Positions 1 through 10,913 are shown, numbered from the stretch's first letter. The stretch is 64,000 bases of DNA from an uncultured Candidatus Saccharibacteria bacterium (GCA_964473175.1 CAYYNN010000003.1:7057-71056), one strand, 5' to 3'. The notes: generated from the sequence alone by a model not told the origin. A program made the numbers and translations.

Positions 1-684
1 AAGAATATTGGAGGACTGTATGTTATTGGTACAGAACGACATGAGGCACGTCGTATCGATAACCAGCTCCGTGGACGATCTGGTCGACAAGGTGATCCTG
101 GAGAAACACAGTTTTATGTCTCTCTTGATGATGATCTTATGCGTATCTTCGGATCAGAGCGTATCAAAGGAATGATGAGTAAACTTGGTATGGCAGCCGA
201 CCAACCTATTGCTAATGGTATTGTTTCTCGAGCACTCGAAAGTGCACAAAAGAAGATTGAAGGCTTTAACTTTGATGCACGAAAATACACGCTAGAATAT
301 GATACGGTACTTGCATATCAACGAGGGATTATTTATGGACGTCGAAGAGCTATGGTGCTTGGGGATAGGGGGCATATTATTTCTACCTTCTACGCATTAG
401 GAGAGGATACCCTAGAAGAAATCGCAAAAGAAAAGATTGAACTTGTCGGTGAAGATAGCTTCTGGGAAAATGTCCGACGTATCATACTCTACACAACCGA
501 TAACCTATGGGTAGAGCATATTGATACCATGGAACATATGCGTCAGTCAGTCGGACTGCGGTCATATGGACAAAGAGAACCCTTGGTAGAATACAAAAAA
601 GAGTCAACCAGACTCTTCAAGGAGATGGAAACGCGCTTCAAAGATCAAGTTATATCGATGGTTTCGAGTATTTCCAAAGTATAA
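1..684 (+). CDS. secA: Preprotein translocase SecA, C-terminal portion; the CDS starts upstream of the window
   Basis: Translation in frame from position 1 gives GRSGRQGDPGETQFYVSLDDDLMRIFGSERI, the conserved SecA motif, continuing into the 139..684 ORF. Confidence 0.85.
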   Translation, partial: KNIGGLYVIGTERHEARRIDNQLRGRSGRQGDPGETQFYVSLDDDLMRIFGSERIKGMMSKLGMAADQPIANGIVSRALESAQKKIEGFNFDARKYTLEYDTVLAYQRGIIYGRRRAMVLGDRGHIISTFYALGEDTLEEIAKEKIELVGEDSFWENVRRIILYTTDNLWVEHIDTMEHMRQSVGLRSYGQREPLVEYKKESTRLFKEMETRFKDQVISMVSSISKV

Positions 685-773
685 GACCTTAAAAGAGGAG
701 ATCCTCCAGAAAACCGTTACAGGTATACAAAATAGCACATATTTCTTGCCAAGTTGTCAAAGAGTATGGTCGA

Positions 774-803
774 AAAAACCCTTATTATATAAGGGTTTTT
801 TCT
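774..803 (+). terminator. Rho-independent terminator after secA
   Basis: GC stem aacccttattatataagggtt followed by a T-tract. Confidence 0.6.
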
Positions 804-835
804 ATTTGACACCACTTATTTTTGTTGTATAACTA

Positions 836-864
836 TTGACAATATGATTGCTATATGCTACTAT
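836..864 (+). promoter_or_regulatory. Candidate sigma70-type promoter; a second TTGACA lies at 866
   Basis: TTGACA, a 17-nt spacer, then TACTAT, upstream of the 980 CDS. Confidence 0.3.
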
Positions 865-979
865 ATTGACAGTCCTTACAGGCTTCGCCTATAAGGGATT
901 TTTTATTCTTGTTCACTACTATGAACAGCAATAAATATTCAACCGACATTGGAGTTCCTCCGGAGCTAAACCGGAACTT

Positions 980-1531
980 ATGAAAACTACAACAAAAAAT
1001 ATCATTCAGTCGTTTATTATCGTTCCGCTTCTCGCAACAACTATATCGATGAATACCTTTACGGTAGCCATCAATGCAGCTGTCGCCAAAGCAACAGCCA
1101 CTGACACACCTTCTGCCGAAGAGATTGCTCTTCAGGAAGATCGTGAATCAAAGGCAGCAAAGATTGATGCGTACTATGCCAAATACGACCTCCCGCTTGC
1201 GGGGCACGGTATGCAGATGGTTATGTCCGCTGAAAAGAATAATCTTGACTGGAGACTTCTCCCTGCTATCGCAATGCGCGAAAGTACAGGATGTAAGTTT
1301 ATCATCCAAAGTAACAAGAACTGTTTCGGATTCGGGACTGCAAAGTATGAAAGCTTTGACCAAGGTATCGAGATAGTCGGTGACCACCTCGGTGGTGCTA
1401 TGCCGACAACGGCAAAGTATTATGCCAACAAAGATATTAAGGGTAAGTTGAAAGCATACAACTCTGTTATCCCGGCCTATACTACTGAAATTTTCAGTAT
1501 TATGACCAAGATTGAAAAAACTGAAGCATAA
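980..1531 (+). CDS. Secreted hypothetical protein with a signal peptide; weak SLT/lysozyme-like ES motif
   Basis: N-terminal hydrophobic signal; AIAMRESTG segment; terminator follows. Confidence 0.5.
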   Translation: MKTTTKNIIQSFIIVPLLATTISMNTFTVAINAAVAKATATDTPSAEEIALQEDRESKAAKIDAYYAKYDLPLAGHGMQMVMSAEKNNLDWRLLPAIAMRESTGCKFIIQSNKNCFGFGTAKYESFDQGIEIVGDHLGGAMPTTAKYYANKDIKGKLKAYNSVIPAYTTEIFSIMTKIEKTEA

Positions 1532-1546
1532 TTTAGCACTAACCCA

Positions 1547-1580
1547 AAACCCCCACAGTACTGTGGGGGTTTTGGTATAT
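1547..1580 (+). terminator. Rho-independent terminator
   Basis: Hairpin cccccacagtactgtggggg followed by TTTT. Confidence 0.7.
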
Positions 1581-1921
1581 AAACTAAAAGCGACCCTATT
1601 GGGCCGCTTCAAAAGAAGGAAGATTTAATAGCTCATTGCTTGATATTAATAAGTATTTTCCTGTTTTAATAAATTCTTTACTGAAAGATTTTATTAAAAT
1701 CGTCGCTTCTTTTCGCTGTGGTCTTATTGATTTGAAGCTAAGATATAAAATATTACATTTCCACCAAGCATCAATAGAGTCTCTTTCAACATCCTTTTCG
1801 TGTTCTATTTGGTTTATTCTGAGTATCGTAATCTTTTTTTCAGATGCAATCTCAGGGGATCTTACTTCTTGCATTATGGTAAGGTTTAGTTTGAAAAAGT
1901 TTACCATGGACAATTAATATG

Positions 1922-4900
1922 TCAACTCAACACCTTTGCTTTATCTACAATGATAGATTTTCGGTCATTTTTCTCTGAAACACTACATTGAATAGCGACT
2001 ACTGAACCCTCCATAATCATGCTACCAAACTCCTTATATGCCTCAGGGAATATGACCGCTTCAGCTGTGCCGGATTTGTCACGGAGTGTTACAAATGCCA
2101 TACGAGTATTACTTTTGGTCATGAGCGGTTTGATGGTCTCAACCATGCAGACGAGGATTTTCTCTTTTGCCTTCTTTTCCTCCATCAGGGAATGTATTGT
2201 ATTTCCTGATTTTTCTATGCGTTCTATAAACCGATCAAGTGGATGTCCAGAAATATACAGTCCCAGTAGTTCTTTCTCCCATAGCAGCTTTTGTTCCATG
2301 GTAGCGGGGTCAGCGGGAATGAGTACAAGGGTACTTTTTGGTTCTTCTGCCATCCCAAAGAATAAAGAAACTTGCGCACTATCACCGACAGCTATTCCTT
2401 TGTGAAAGGCGAGAAGCGCTTCAGTGTTTGCAAAGAGCGCACCTCGTTCACCAAAGGCATCCATTGCTCCGCACATAACTAATGCCTCCAAGGATTTCTT
2501 GTTGAGGTTTCGATGCTGGACTCGTTCCAGAAAATCTGCGATAGAACGATACTTTCCATTTTTTCTACGTTCTTCAATAATGGCTTTACCAATCTCATCT
2601 CCAAAGTTTTTGATATTACCAAGCCCAAAACGAATATTCATGGTTGTTTTTCCTTCGTCATCAACAACAACCGTAAAGTCAGAGAATGACTCGTTGACAT
2701 CAGGGGGTAGAATAAAGAATCCCATGCGGCGTGCCTCGGCAATATACTCACTACATGTTTCGATATCTCCGCTTTCTGCTGTCATACACGCTGTCAGATA
2801 CTCTGCAGTGTAGTTTGCCTTGAGATATGCTGTCTTGTATGCAACCATCCCATAACTTGCGGCATGAGCCTTGTTAAACCCGTACGCAGCAAATGGTTCA
2901 ATAAGTGCCCAGAGCTCATCTATCTTTTTCTTCTCAAGCCCGCCATGTTCTTTACATCCTTTATAAAACTTTTCTTTTTGTAGTGCCATTTCTGCGGGAA
3001 TTTTCTTGCCCATGGCTTTTCGGAACTTATCAGCTTCGCCCCAGTCGTATCCGGCAAGTCGGATGGCAGTGATCAAAACATCATCTTGATATACGAGTAG
3101 TCCATATGACGCTTCCAGATCATCTTTGAGTCGAGCATCGGGATATTTAACAAGTTTTGGATTTTGTTTGCGTTTAATATACTCAGGAATCACTTCCATT
3201 GGTCCGGGACGATATAGTGCAACCATTGCCATAAGGTCGTCAACTGTTGTGGGTTGCAGGTCTTTAACATACGCTGTCATACCTGAACCTGCCATTTGGA
3301 ATACACCCATAGTTTCACCACGAGAAAGCATGTTGAAAACATTAGCATCATCCAAGGGGATATTGTCGATGTCGATATCAATACCTCGAATCTTTTTTAC
3401 TCTGTCGATAGTACCGGATATAAATTGAAGGTTGCGGATACCCAACATATCAAACTTTGGAAGGTTCACGACACCGTCACGTCCACCGGTGAACATGTCG
3501 TATTGGGTGATAATTTTATTTTCGCCTTTTGTATCGTACTGTATCGGTGTGTATTCAGTAATATCTGGAGTAGGGGAAACAATCACGCCCGCAGCATGGA
3601 CTGAAATATGGCGCACATTTCCTTCAAGTTTTTTGGCTAGGTTGATGATCTCTGTTGTTGCTCGATCATTTTCATACTGTTCTTTGAGTTCAGGAACAAT
3701 AGAAAGTGCATGTTCGATAGTCATAGGAAATCCTTGACTCCCCATCGGGATCATTTTTGAGATTTTGTCCCCAACGCCATATGGATATCCGAGTGCTCGG
3801 GCAACATCTCGCACACTACCTCGTGCAGCCATCGTTCCAAAGGTACAGATCTGTGCGACTGCATGCATGCCGTACTTTTCTTTGACATATGATATTAGGT
3901 CATCGCGTCGATCGTCTGCAATGTCGAGGTCAATATCAGGAATACCTGGCCGAAGAGGGTTGAGGAATCGTTCAAAGGGGAGTTTATATTTAATAGGGTC
4001 GACAGTTGTAATACCGGTCAAGTATGATACGAGTGAGCCCGCAGCAGATCCTCGAGTGTTTGTATAGATACCCATGTGGCGTGCTGCTTTCACTAAATCA
4101 GCTTCAACTAAAAAGTAAGAAGAAAATCCTTTATTTCGAATGATATCTAATTCAAATTCTATACGATCTTGTACGACCTGCGAATCAGGATACGACATTT
4201 GTTGGATGCCGAGGAGTACAGCCTTACGAAGTTCATCATCATAATTACTTCCTTCAGGGATAGGATATGTAGGGAATTTCCATGGAGATGTTTCGATGTC
4301 GATATCGACAGATGCAGCAAGTTTGAGTGTGTTTTCAATTGCTCCAGGAACATCTTTGAATATTTCTGCTGCTTCCTCTGGGCTGATGAATGAATAGTTA
4401 CCCGCTTTCATTGAGATTTTACTAGAACCCACCTCGGTACCGGTATTAATAGCAACGAGTGTATCGTGGGCTTCTGCGTCGTCGACATTGAGGTAATGTG
4501 AATCCCATGTTCCAACCATGGGCAGATCCATTGTCTGTGCAATGGATATGATTGTAGGAATCAGTGGAATATACCATGTAACTTCTTTGTGGTTCATGAC
4601 TTCGACATACACCTGTTCTTTGCCAAACGTATCGATATAGAACTGCAACAACTTTTTTGCTTCTTCAATATTGCCATCCCGTAGGTACTTGATAAATCGA
4701 CTTCCAGGACATCCGGACAAGCAAATAATACCTTCGCTATGTAATTGCATAAGTTCAGTATCGATTCTCGGTTTGTAGTAATACCCTTCGATGTTTGCCT
4801 TGGAGACAAGTTTCATCAAGTTTTTGTAGCCAGCATTGTTTTTTGCCAGAAGTGTGAGGTGGTAACGTTTGCTATCAATACCAGACTCTTTATCAAAACG

Positions 4901-5119
4901 AGTGCGCTCAGCAACATATGCCTCTACACCAATAATGGGTTTAATATCATGTTTTTTGCATTCATTGTAGAACTCGATTGCACCATACATGGATCCGTGA
5001 TCGGTCAGTGCGAGTGCTGGCATGCCGAACTCTTTGGCACGCTTGACAAGCTCTGGTATTTTGGAAAGGCCATCGAGGAGGGAATAGTGACTATGTGTAT
5101 GGAGGTGGACGTATGACAT
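1922..5119 (-). CDS. dnaE: DNA polymerase III alpha subunit
   Basis: PHP domain HLHTHSHYSLLDG at the N-terminus; 1065 aa; polymerase core motifs. Confidence 0.9.
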   Translation of the reverse strand: MSYVHLHTHSHYSLLDGLSKIPELVKRAKEFGMPALALTDHGSMYGAIEFYNECKKHDIKPIIGVEAYVAERTRFDKESGIDSKRYHLTLLAKNNAGYKNLMKLVSKANIEGYYYKPRIDTELMQLHSEGIICLSGCPGSRFIKYLRDGNIEEAKKLLQFYIDTFGKEQVYVEVMNHKEVTWYIPLIPTIISIAQTMDLPMVGTWDSHYLNVDDAEAHDTLVAINTGTEVGSSKISMKAGNYSFISPEEAAEIFKDVPGAIENTLKLAASVDIDIETSPWKFPTYPIPEGSNYDDELRKAVLLGIQQMSYPDSQVVQDRIEFELDIIRNKGFSSYFLVEADLVKAARHMGIYTNTRGSAAGSLVSYLTGITTVDPIKYKLPFERFLNPLRPGIPDIDLDIADDRRDDLISYVKEKYGMHAVAQICTFGTMAARGSVRDVARALGYPYGVGDKISKMIPMGSQGFPMTIEHALSIVPELKEQYENDRATTEIINLAKKLEGNVRHISVHAAGVIVSPTPDITEYTPIQYDTKGENKIITQYDMFTGGRDGVVNLPKFDMLGIRNLQFISGTIDRVKKIRGIDIDIDNIPLDDANVFNMLSRGETMGVFQMAGSGMTAYVKDLQPTTVDDLMAMVALYRPGPMEVIPEYIKRKQNPKLVKYPDARLKDDLEASYGLLVYQDDVLITAIRLAGYDWGEADKFRKAMGKKIPAEMALQKEKFYKGCKEHGGLEKKKIDELWALIEPFAAYGFNKAHAASYGMVAYKTAYLKANYTAEYLTACMTAESGDIETCSEYIAEARRMGFFILPPDVNESFSDFTVVVDDEGKTTMNIRFGLGNIKNFGDEIGKAIIEERRKNGKYRSIADFLERVQHRNLNKKSLEALVMCGAMDAFGERGALFANTEALLAFHKGIAVGDSAQVSLFFGMAEEPKSTLVLIPADPATMEQKLLWEKELLGLYISGHPLDRFIERIEKSGNTIHSLMEEKKAKEKILVCMVETIKPLMTKSNTRMAFVTLRDKSGTAEAVIFPEAYKEFGSMIMEGSVVAIQCSVSEKNDRKSIIVDKAKVLS

Positions 5120-5166
5120 GTGCGGCTATTATAGCAGTCAGCTCGGGTCTCTGTTATATTGACAAT

Positions 5167-5775
5167 ATGGTCAAAAGCTCCAAAAAATGGATCATCGGTA
5201 TCGACGAAGTCGGCAGAGGTCCAATAGCAGGACCGGTCTATGTCTGCGGGGTTGCTATTAAGATACATGACTACAAGAAAGCACGATGGATAGGACTCAC
5301 TGACTCCAAGAAACTTACTCAAAAGGCGAGAGAGAAATGGTATACGCATGCGGCAGAGCTTGAGCAAAAGGGTGTTGTGCGTATTGGTGTTGCATCACAA
5401 ACTGCAAGTCGTATAGACAAAAGCGGAATTTCGAAATGTATCAAGGATTGCATCGGAGAAATACTGGAAACTCTCGATATCGATCCCAAAGATGTGTCGG
5501 TGGTATTGGACGGGGGACTAAAGGCACCAAGTGAGTATCTCTATCAAGAAACAATCATCAAGGGAGACCTGAAAGAAAAGATCATTTCACTCGCGTCTGT
5601 TGTTGCAAAGGTGAGCCGAGATGCCTATATGGTCAAAATAGCGGCAAAATACCCGGGCTATAAATGGGAGAAAAATAAAGGATATGGTACCACAGAGCAC
5701 TACACATTGCTTAAAAAGCTAGGTTTTACAAGGCTGCATAGGAAAACCTTCCTAAAGAGGATACTTGACAATTAG
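5167..5775 (+). CDS. rnhB: Ribonuclease HII
   Basis: GIDEVGRGPIAGPV motif. Start trimmed to the internal ATG (MVKSSKKWIIGIDEVGRG) because the track ORF start overlaps the dnaE start. Confidence 0.85.
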   Translation: MVKSSKKWIIGIDEVGRGPIAGPVYVCGVAIKIHDYKKARWIGLTDSKKLTQKAREKWYTHAAELEQKGVVRIGVASQTASRIDKSGISKCIKDCIGEILETLDIDPKDVSVVLDGGLKAPSEYLYQETIIKGDLKEKIISLASVVAKVSRDAYMVKIAAKYPGYKWEKNKGYGTTEHYTLLKKLGFTRLHRKTFLKRILDN

Positions 5776-5837
5776 TATTATATATGCTATCATATATACA
5801 AAGAAACTAAATCAATCACTCTTTAAAAAATAGAAAA

Positions 5838-6422
5838 ATGAAAAAGAAAATAATCTTTTTAGGTTTATGTATGACAATCTTTACGATCACATTTGCTCAG
5901 ATAAAAGACAGAGCATTTACCGTTCAAACGAACATTACTCTTATTCCAGACTCACTCGTTATCATCTCTAAAAATGACACATCGTATCTCATTGTTACTC
6001 ATGGGAACGGATTCTTAACAAAAAATCCCAACTTGTTCAGGAAGATTATGAACCATATGAATGCCGATACGTCTGTATTTGATGGCATTGATAATATTGT
6101 AACCATAGAAGGAACTTCAATGGGCGCATTATCAAAGTTTTACCGGAAACAGTTCAAAGGATCAGTGAATAAAGAAAGAGCTAATGAATTGAATGGCTAT
6201 TTATATCGCATAACAGGGTATAAATTGGACTATCAATTAGCGGGAGCTGTTCCTGTGGTTGAGACTACTCCACAAATTGAAACAGCGATAAAAACTGAAC
6301 CACCTACAGAAACTAAACCAGCATCTACGCCGGAACCAGTAAAAGTTAGTGCGCCAGCACGTCCAACTATTCAGCAATTGAGGGAGCGTGAAGCATACAG
6401 AAAAGCTCATCCGCGAGGATAA
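5838..6422 (+). CDS. Secreted hypothetical protein with a Pro/Thr/Glu-rich C-terminus
   Basis: Signal peptide MKKKIIFLGLCMTIFTITFA; low-complexity tail. Confidence 0.45.
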   Translation: MKKKIIFLGLCMTIFTITFAQIKDRAFTVQTNITLIPDSLVIISKNDTSYLIVTHGNGFLTKNPNLFRKIMNHMNADTSVFDGIDNIVTIEGTSMGALSKFYRKQFKGSVNKERANELNGYLYRITGYKLDYQLAGAVPVVETTPQIETAIKTEPPTETKPASTPEPVKVSAPARPTIQQLREREAYRKAHPRG

Positions 6423-6479
6423 AAAGCTAACCAAAAAAACACCGAGTCCCGCATATACTATGCGGGACTTTTTATTTTC

Positions 6480-7226
6480 TTATTTTATAAATAATAATAC
6501 AACCAAACCAATAGCAATACGATACCACCCAAACCAACTGAGTGGTTTTTTTGTTAGAAGGTTAATAAAGAATTTAATCGTAAAGAGTGCAGTGACAAAT
6601 GCAACGATAGTACCAAATGCGATAAGTGTCCATTGTCCGCCACTGATACCGGTGACATGACGTATCTCAACAACGCTCGCACCAAGGATGGTCGGAATGG
6701 CGAGTAAGAATGAAAATGTCACAATCGTTGCGCGAGGAATACGAAGTAATGTCCCACCGATCAATGTTGCTCCTGCGCGCGAAATGCCAGGGATGAACGC
6801 AAATATTTGCATGAGCCCGATCCAAAATGCCTGCTTGTAGGTGACATCTGTCGGAGCGGTTGGTTCGTCTACGGGTTTGATCAAGAGTAGTCCAATACCT
6901 CCTATGATGAGTGCGACGCCAATGATGGCAGTACTACCCAGTAATGATTTGATAACAGGATAGAGCAAAAGACCTGCAATACCTGTGGGAATAAATCCAA
7001 CAATGACTTTGCCAAAGAGTGACTTGTTTTTAAATACGAGTTTCCAGAAATAAAATACGGCTGCAAGGATGGCGCCACTTTGAATACAAATAGAAAGGGC
7101 TTCCAAGAACTGATCTGTAGGCATACCTAGGATATGTCCAGTTATCAGTAGGTGTGCGGTTGAAGAAACAGGGATGAACTCAGTGAGGCCTTCGATAATA
7201 CCAAGAATAAATGTATGAATAATCAT
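6480..7226 (-). CDS. uppP: Undecaprenyl-diphosphatase
   Basis: GLTEFIPVSSTAHL motif; polytopic membrane protein. Confidence 0.85.
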   Translation of the reverse strand: MIIHTFILGIIEGLTEFIPVSSTAHLLITGHILGMPTDQFLEALSICIQSGAILAAVFYFWKLVFKNKSLFGKVIVGFIPTGIAGLLLYPVIKSLLGSTAIIGVALIIGGIGLLLIKPVDEPTAPTDVTYKQAFWIGLMQIFAFIPGISRAGATLIGGTLLRIPRATIVTFSFLLAIPTILGASVVEIRHVTGISGGQWTLIAFGTIVAFVTALFTIKFFINLLTKKPLSWFGWYRIAIGLVVLLFIK

Positions 7227-7912
7227 GTGTTCAGTATAGTATATGCGCCAACTATTGCCGCTGTTTCAGTTCTCAGGATAGTTGGAGCAAGTTTTCTAAA
7301 GGTCACTGCGTGCTGTTTGAATACTGCTTCGTCTTCCTCACTCCAGCCACCCTCGGGTCCAATATAGAAGACGAGAGTGTCTGATTTTATATAGTCTGAT
7401 TCATTTTCTCGAGGGTCAAATACAATAGAAGGAAAGGGGAATTGCTCTAAGCATTGAGAAAGTGTTAACGGTTCATGGATAGCAACGAGGCTATTTCTTC
7501 CTGACTGTTCGACTGCTTCTCTACTAATATCTTGGAGTCTCTCTATGCGTATGGATTGCTTTACGGTTCTCGTTGAAAGGAGTGGGACTATTTCGGATAT
7601 ACCTAATTCAGTAAGTTTTTGTACGACAAGTTCAAAGAGGTCCCGTTTAATAATACTCACTATAGCAATGGTTCGTACAGGTGAAGCTTTTTGTGCCGGG
7701 AGTAGTGCTTCTACGGAAACAACGATACTCTTTTTGGTAATCTCTTTTATATGGAGGACTGTGTCATCTGTTCCTTCAGAAAAAACGATGAACGATTCTC
7801 CTACAGCATAACGCAACACAGTGGAGAGTTGATGTACTAATTTGTTATCAGATATCTCAAAAATCTCTGAACGAGGGGGATTTGGGAGGAAAAATCTATG
7901 GAGTTTTTTCAT
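7223..7912 (-). CDS. rsmE: 16S rRNA (uracil1498-N3)-methyltransferase RsmE
   Basis: MKKLHRFF start typical of RsmE; GPEGGWSEEE motif. Start trimmed from the longer TTG-initiated track ORF. Confidence 0.8.
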   Translation of the reverse strand: MKKLHRFFLPNPPRSEIFEISDNKLVHQLSTVLRYAVGESFIVFSEGTDDTVLHIKEITKKSIVVSVEALLPAQKASPVRTIAIVSIIKRDLFELVVQKLTELGISEIVPLLSTRTVKQSIRIERLQDISREAVEQSGRNSLVAIHEPLTLSQCLEQFPFPSIVFDPRENESDYIKSDTLVFYIGPEGGWSEEDEAVFKQHAVTFRKLAPTILRTETAAIVGAYTILNT

Positions 7913-7953
7913 AGGCCTAGTATATACGTTTCCTGGTATACTGTCTGCAGTAT

Positions 7954-8538
7954 ATGGATATCCAATCATTTTCAGGAGTACTTCTCTATATTGTTGCATT
8001 TCTGATTGTTTTCGCAGAATCAGGTGTTTTTTTCCTCTTCTTTTTACCAGGAGACAGTCTTTTATTTGCATTAGGACTTCTCGCCAACAAAGGTTCAGTG
8101 AGTCTGTGGCACATGATACCGCTACTGATAGTTGCTGCAATACTAGGGAACATATTGGGATACTTCCTTGGTACTATTACACGAGGTGGATTAGAAAAAG
8201 GGAAATATATTCCAAAGGTTAGAACAGAACATTTGAAAAAAGCAGAGATTTTTTATACACGATATGGAGTATTTGCAGTGTTGTTTGCGCGGTTTGTCCC
8301 CGTCATTCGAACAGTGGTACCGTTTTTTGCAGGGGTGGTTAGTATGAATCGAAAAACGTATACCGCATGGAGTATTATCGGAGGCATAGTGTGGATTACC
8401 ATTGTGACGCTTGTTGGGTATTTCTTTGGTAAGGGATTTGCATTACAAAATGTAGCATTCCTGGGTGTAGGCGCAGTTGTTGCTGCAGTTGTTGCTACGC
8501 CGGTATTTCTCGTAGTAATTAAACGTTTTGTTAAATAA
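7954..8538 (+). CDS. DedA/VTT-family membrane protein
   Basis: FLPGDSLLFALG motif; multiple TM segments. Confidence 0.8.
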   Translation: MDIQSFSGVLLYIVAFLIVFAESGVFFLFFLPGDSLLFALGLLANKGSVSLWHMIPLLIVAAILGNILGYFLGTITRGGLEKGKYIPKVRTEHLKKAEIFYTRYGVFAVLFARFVPVIRTVVPFFAGVVSMNRKTYTAWSIIGGIVWITIVTLVGYFFGKGFALQNVAFLGVGAVVAAVVATPVFLVVIKRFVK

Positions 8539-9408
8539 TTAATCAAAGATATGGAGGAGGTACGTATCAATATCTCGTTGCTCTAATGCATACATATAAG
8601 TATTTTCTTCGTGGAGTGTTGCCGCCAAGGCTTTCCCTACAAATCTCCAGTGCCACGGTTCATAGACGTAGTAGTTGTTATTTTTTGGGTAGGATAGGAT
8701 AAAGCCATATTCGTATGCATGTGCACTCAACCATTTGAACTCAGGTGTCGTATCAAACGCAGTAGTGAGGCTACCTGTTTTTGCAGTAGTGAGATCGGCG
8801 GTAGTACCGAGCTGATGTTCTGAATATCCTTGTTCTGCTGAGAATTTATTTGCTGCTGTTGTTCCATACGTTACTTTGTAGGCTGCTTTGAGTGTTGTTT
8901 GTGTACCGTACGATCGATATGCACTTGCTATACGGAGATTTAATCCTTCTGCGTTTGAATCATCAAGCATTGCTTTCATATCTGACCATGCACTTCCATG
9001 GAATTGGAGTTTGCGATCTGTTCCACGAGCATACTCGGCTGGAATATCGATAAGAGAACTTGGAACATAATGTTCATTCAAGAAATATACCTTTGAATAC
9101 TTTTTCAGAAGTTCAGGATCTAATGTCGTCAGTTTGGTTAATGTATCAACCGTATCACTAAGGGTATTCGTTTGAGCTGCTAGTGCTCCGGCACGTTCTT
9201 GGCTAGTCGTTAGCACTGTCGTCAATCGATCACGTTCATATTGTGAAAGAGATAAGTTACCTTGAAGTTCTTGTATCGACGACTGCAGATTTGCAATGGT
9301 TACTTGTTTAGCATTCAGTGTAGTTACTATTTTGTGGTATCGGTACGCTCCATAAGCAGATAAGATTAATAAAAGGAAGCTTATAGTAGAAATGATACCG
9401 ATACGCAT
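8539..9408 (-). CDS. VanY-family (M15B) D-alanyl-D-alanine carboxypeptidase with an N-terminal TM anchor and coiled coil
   Basis: SAYRSY, SEHQLGTTADL and EPWHWRFVG motifs. Start trimmed to MRIGIIS. Confidence 0.75.
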   Translation of the reverse strand: MRIGIISTISFLLLILSAYGAYRYHKIVTTLNAKQVTIANLQSSIQELQGNLSLSQYERDRLTTVLTTSQERAGALAAQTNTLSDTVDTLTKLTTLDPELLKKYSKVYFLNEHYVPSSLIDIPAEYARGTDRKLQFHGSAWSDMKAMLDDSNAEGLNLRIASAYRSYGTQTTLKAAYKVTYGTTAANKFSAEQGYSEHQLGTTADLTTAKTGSLTTAFDTTPEFKWLSAHAYEYGFILSYPKNNNYYVYEPWHWRFVGKALAATLHEENTYMYALEQRDIDTYLLHIFD

Positions 9409-9755
9409 TTTATAAGTACGGAGAAGCATGTAGGGATTGTACCACGGCCCTCTGGTGCTATCAGAGAGTAGTTTGTTCAATTGCTGAAAAAATATAAAAC
9501 AAATACAAAACACCTCCTTTCGGGGGTGTTGCTGTAGAAGGTCGTTCCTAAAAACTTGCATAGAGGGTTAGTACTCAGATCATAGAAACCGTTACTACAT
9601 TGCTGCAGAAACAATGAATACTCCATGAGCCTTCCAAACAAGCGAGAAATAAAGGTAAAACCTTATATATACTGTACTCCGATTTAGTCACAATAGATAC
9701 TATCGGTATCTATAAGTATGTGTCATAAGCGATGTAAGAACAGTAATCTTTTCGG

Positions 9756-10412
9756 TTAAGCTGAAGGATCGTGTTTTGGTGGGTGCCATTTATGGAGTGG
9801 CTTGAAATCTCCTCCAAAGATGCCAGCATCAAGGGTTGCTGTGAGTACTGCGCGCATACATTGATAGTCTGCATTGAAGTCATGTGTCCCTGCCATCCAA
9901 GAAACACTCTCTGTACTGATCTCCACACCTTCTTCATCTAGCGATTGAAGAATTTCCTTTGCGGTGCGCCATGCTATTTCCATGATTTCACTTTCTTGGA
10001 GTTTCATTTTTGAAATATCACCTTCAAACACCGTAATGAAATCTCGAACCCAAATACGAGAACCGGTCTTCTTGCTTGTACGCCAAGGGATCAGTTGGTA
10101 TGGATTTATCTTGAGTCCGACTTCTTCTTCGAGTTCTTTGAGTGCTCCCATTTTGAATGATTCTCCCTCAACAATGTGTCCACCAAAATGTGTTGACCAT
10201 GCACCAGGAAAATTTTCTTTATCCATGGGGCGGCGATGACAGAGTATGTCTCCCTCTGTGTTTAATATAAAAATATTGGTAGTTCGACACCATAGCTTGT
10301 CTTGATACAGCTTAGCGCGCGAAACATGCTCTCCTGTTGGTTCTCCTGTGTCCGGATCTACTATTTGTAATAATTCATGTTGTGCCATAGGGTCGAGAGT
10401 ATAGCACATCAT
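9756..10412 (-). CDS. NUDIX hydrolase
   Basis: Nudix box GGHIVEGESFKMGALKELEEEVGL. Start trimmed to MMCYTLD. Confidence 0.75.
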   Translation of the reverse strand: MMCYTLDPMAQHELLQIVDPDTGEPTGEHVSRAKLYQDKLWCRTTNIFILNTEGDILCHRRPMDKENFPGAWSTHFGGHIVEGESFKMGALKELEEEVGLKINPYQLIPWRTSKKTGSRIWVRDFITVFEGDISKMKLQESEIMEIAWRTAKEILQSLDEEGVEISTESVSWMAGTHDFNADYQCMRAVLTATLDAGIFGGDFKPLHKWHPPKHDPSA

Positions 10413-10493
10413 TTTTTCTTGAGTATTTTCCAGACAAACATACAGACAGATCACAGATGTGAAAACATATAAAGAGATGTATACTGTACATCT

Positions 10494-10907
10494 ATGAAAA
10501 AAATAGCAATCGCAGTCAGTATTGTTCTCGTGGCGCTTGTGGGGTGGTTTATTTTAAAACCACACACTTCAGAGGTTGTTCCTGTTGAGACTACGACACC
10601 TAGTGAGGTAGTTATTCCGGTACAAGAAAGCACCCCGTTGGCTTCAGAAGGTTCGAGTTCTACAGGTACAGCAACATACTACACAGCGGCTCAGGTACGT
10701 GGACATGCAAATACAGATAGCTGTTGGTCAATCGTTAACGGTAAGGTATACGATCTGACACCATGGATTCAGCAACATCCTGGAGGGCAAAATGCTATTA
10801 CACAACTCTGTGGGATAGATGGCTCAAAAAATTTTAATGGGCAGCATGGTGGACAATCACGACCAGAGCAGGAGCTCGCCGGTTTCTTGGTTGGAATACT
10901 GAAATAA
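10494..10907 (+). CDS. Membrane-anchored cytochrome b5-like heme-binding domain protein
   Basis: N-terminal TM segment; HPGG motif in DLTPWIQQHPGGQNAI. Confidence 0.65.
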   Translation: MKKIAIAVSIVLVALVGWFILKPHTSEVVPVETTTPSEVVIPVQESTPLASEGSSSTGTATYYTAAQVRGHANTDSCWSIVNGKVYDLTPWIQQHPGGQNAITQLCGIDGSKNFNGQHGGQSRPEQELAGFLVGILK

Positions 10908-10913
10908 TACTCT

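Noticed and set aside
1074-1913. Overlapping ORFs 1074..1376 (+), 1148..1612 (-), 1596..1913 (-) and 1636..1917 (+)
   Set aside because: They are alternative frames or antisense of the 980..1531 gene, or lie in an AT-rich intergenic stretch before dnaE, with no supporting signals.
2019-5116. Plus-strand ORFs of 100 to 129 aa inside dnaE (for example 2019..2405 and 2424..2813)
   Set aside because: They are antisense to a highly conserved CDS, low-complexity and Ser/Arg-rich, so they are spurious. The same applies to antisense ORFs inside gyrA, clpB, infB, hisS, gltX and the restriction-modification genes.
7913-8140. Long N-terminal extension of the rsmE ORF (TTG start at 8140)
   Set aside because: RsmE homologues start at MxxxRFF. 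The extension overlaps the divergent dedA start region and is an artefact of longest-ORF calling. Similar trimming was applied to the VanY-like gene, the NUDIX gene, def, fmt, hisS, engB, the cysteine desulfurase and the TrmH-family gene.
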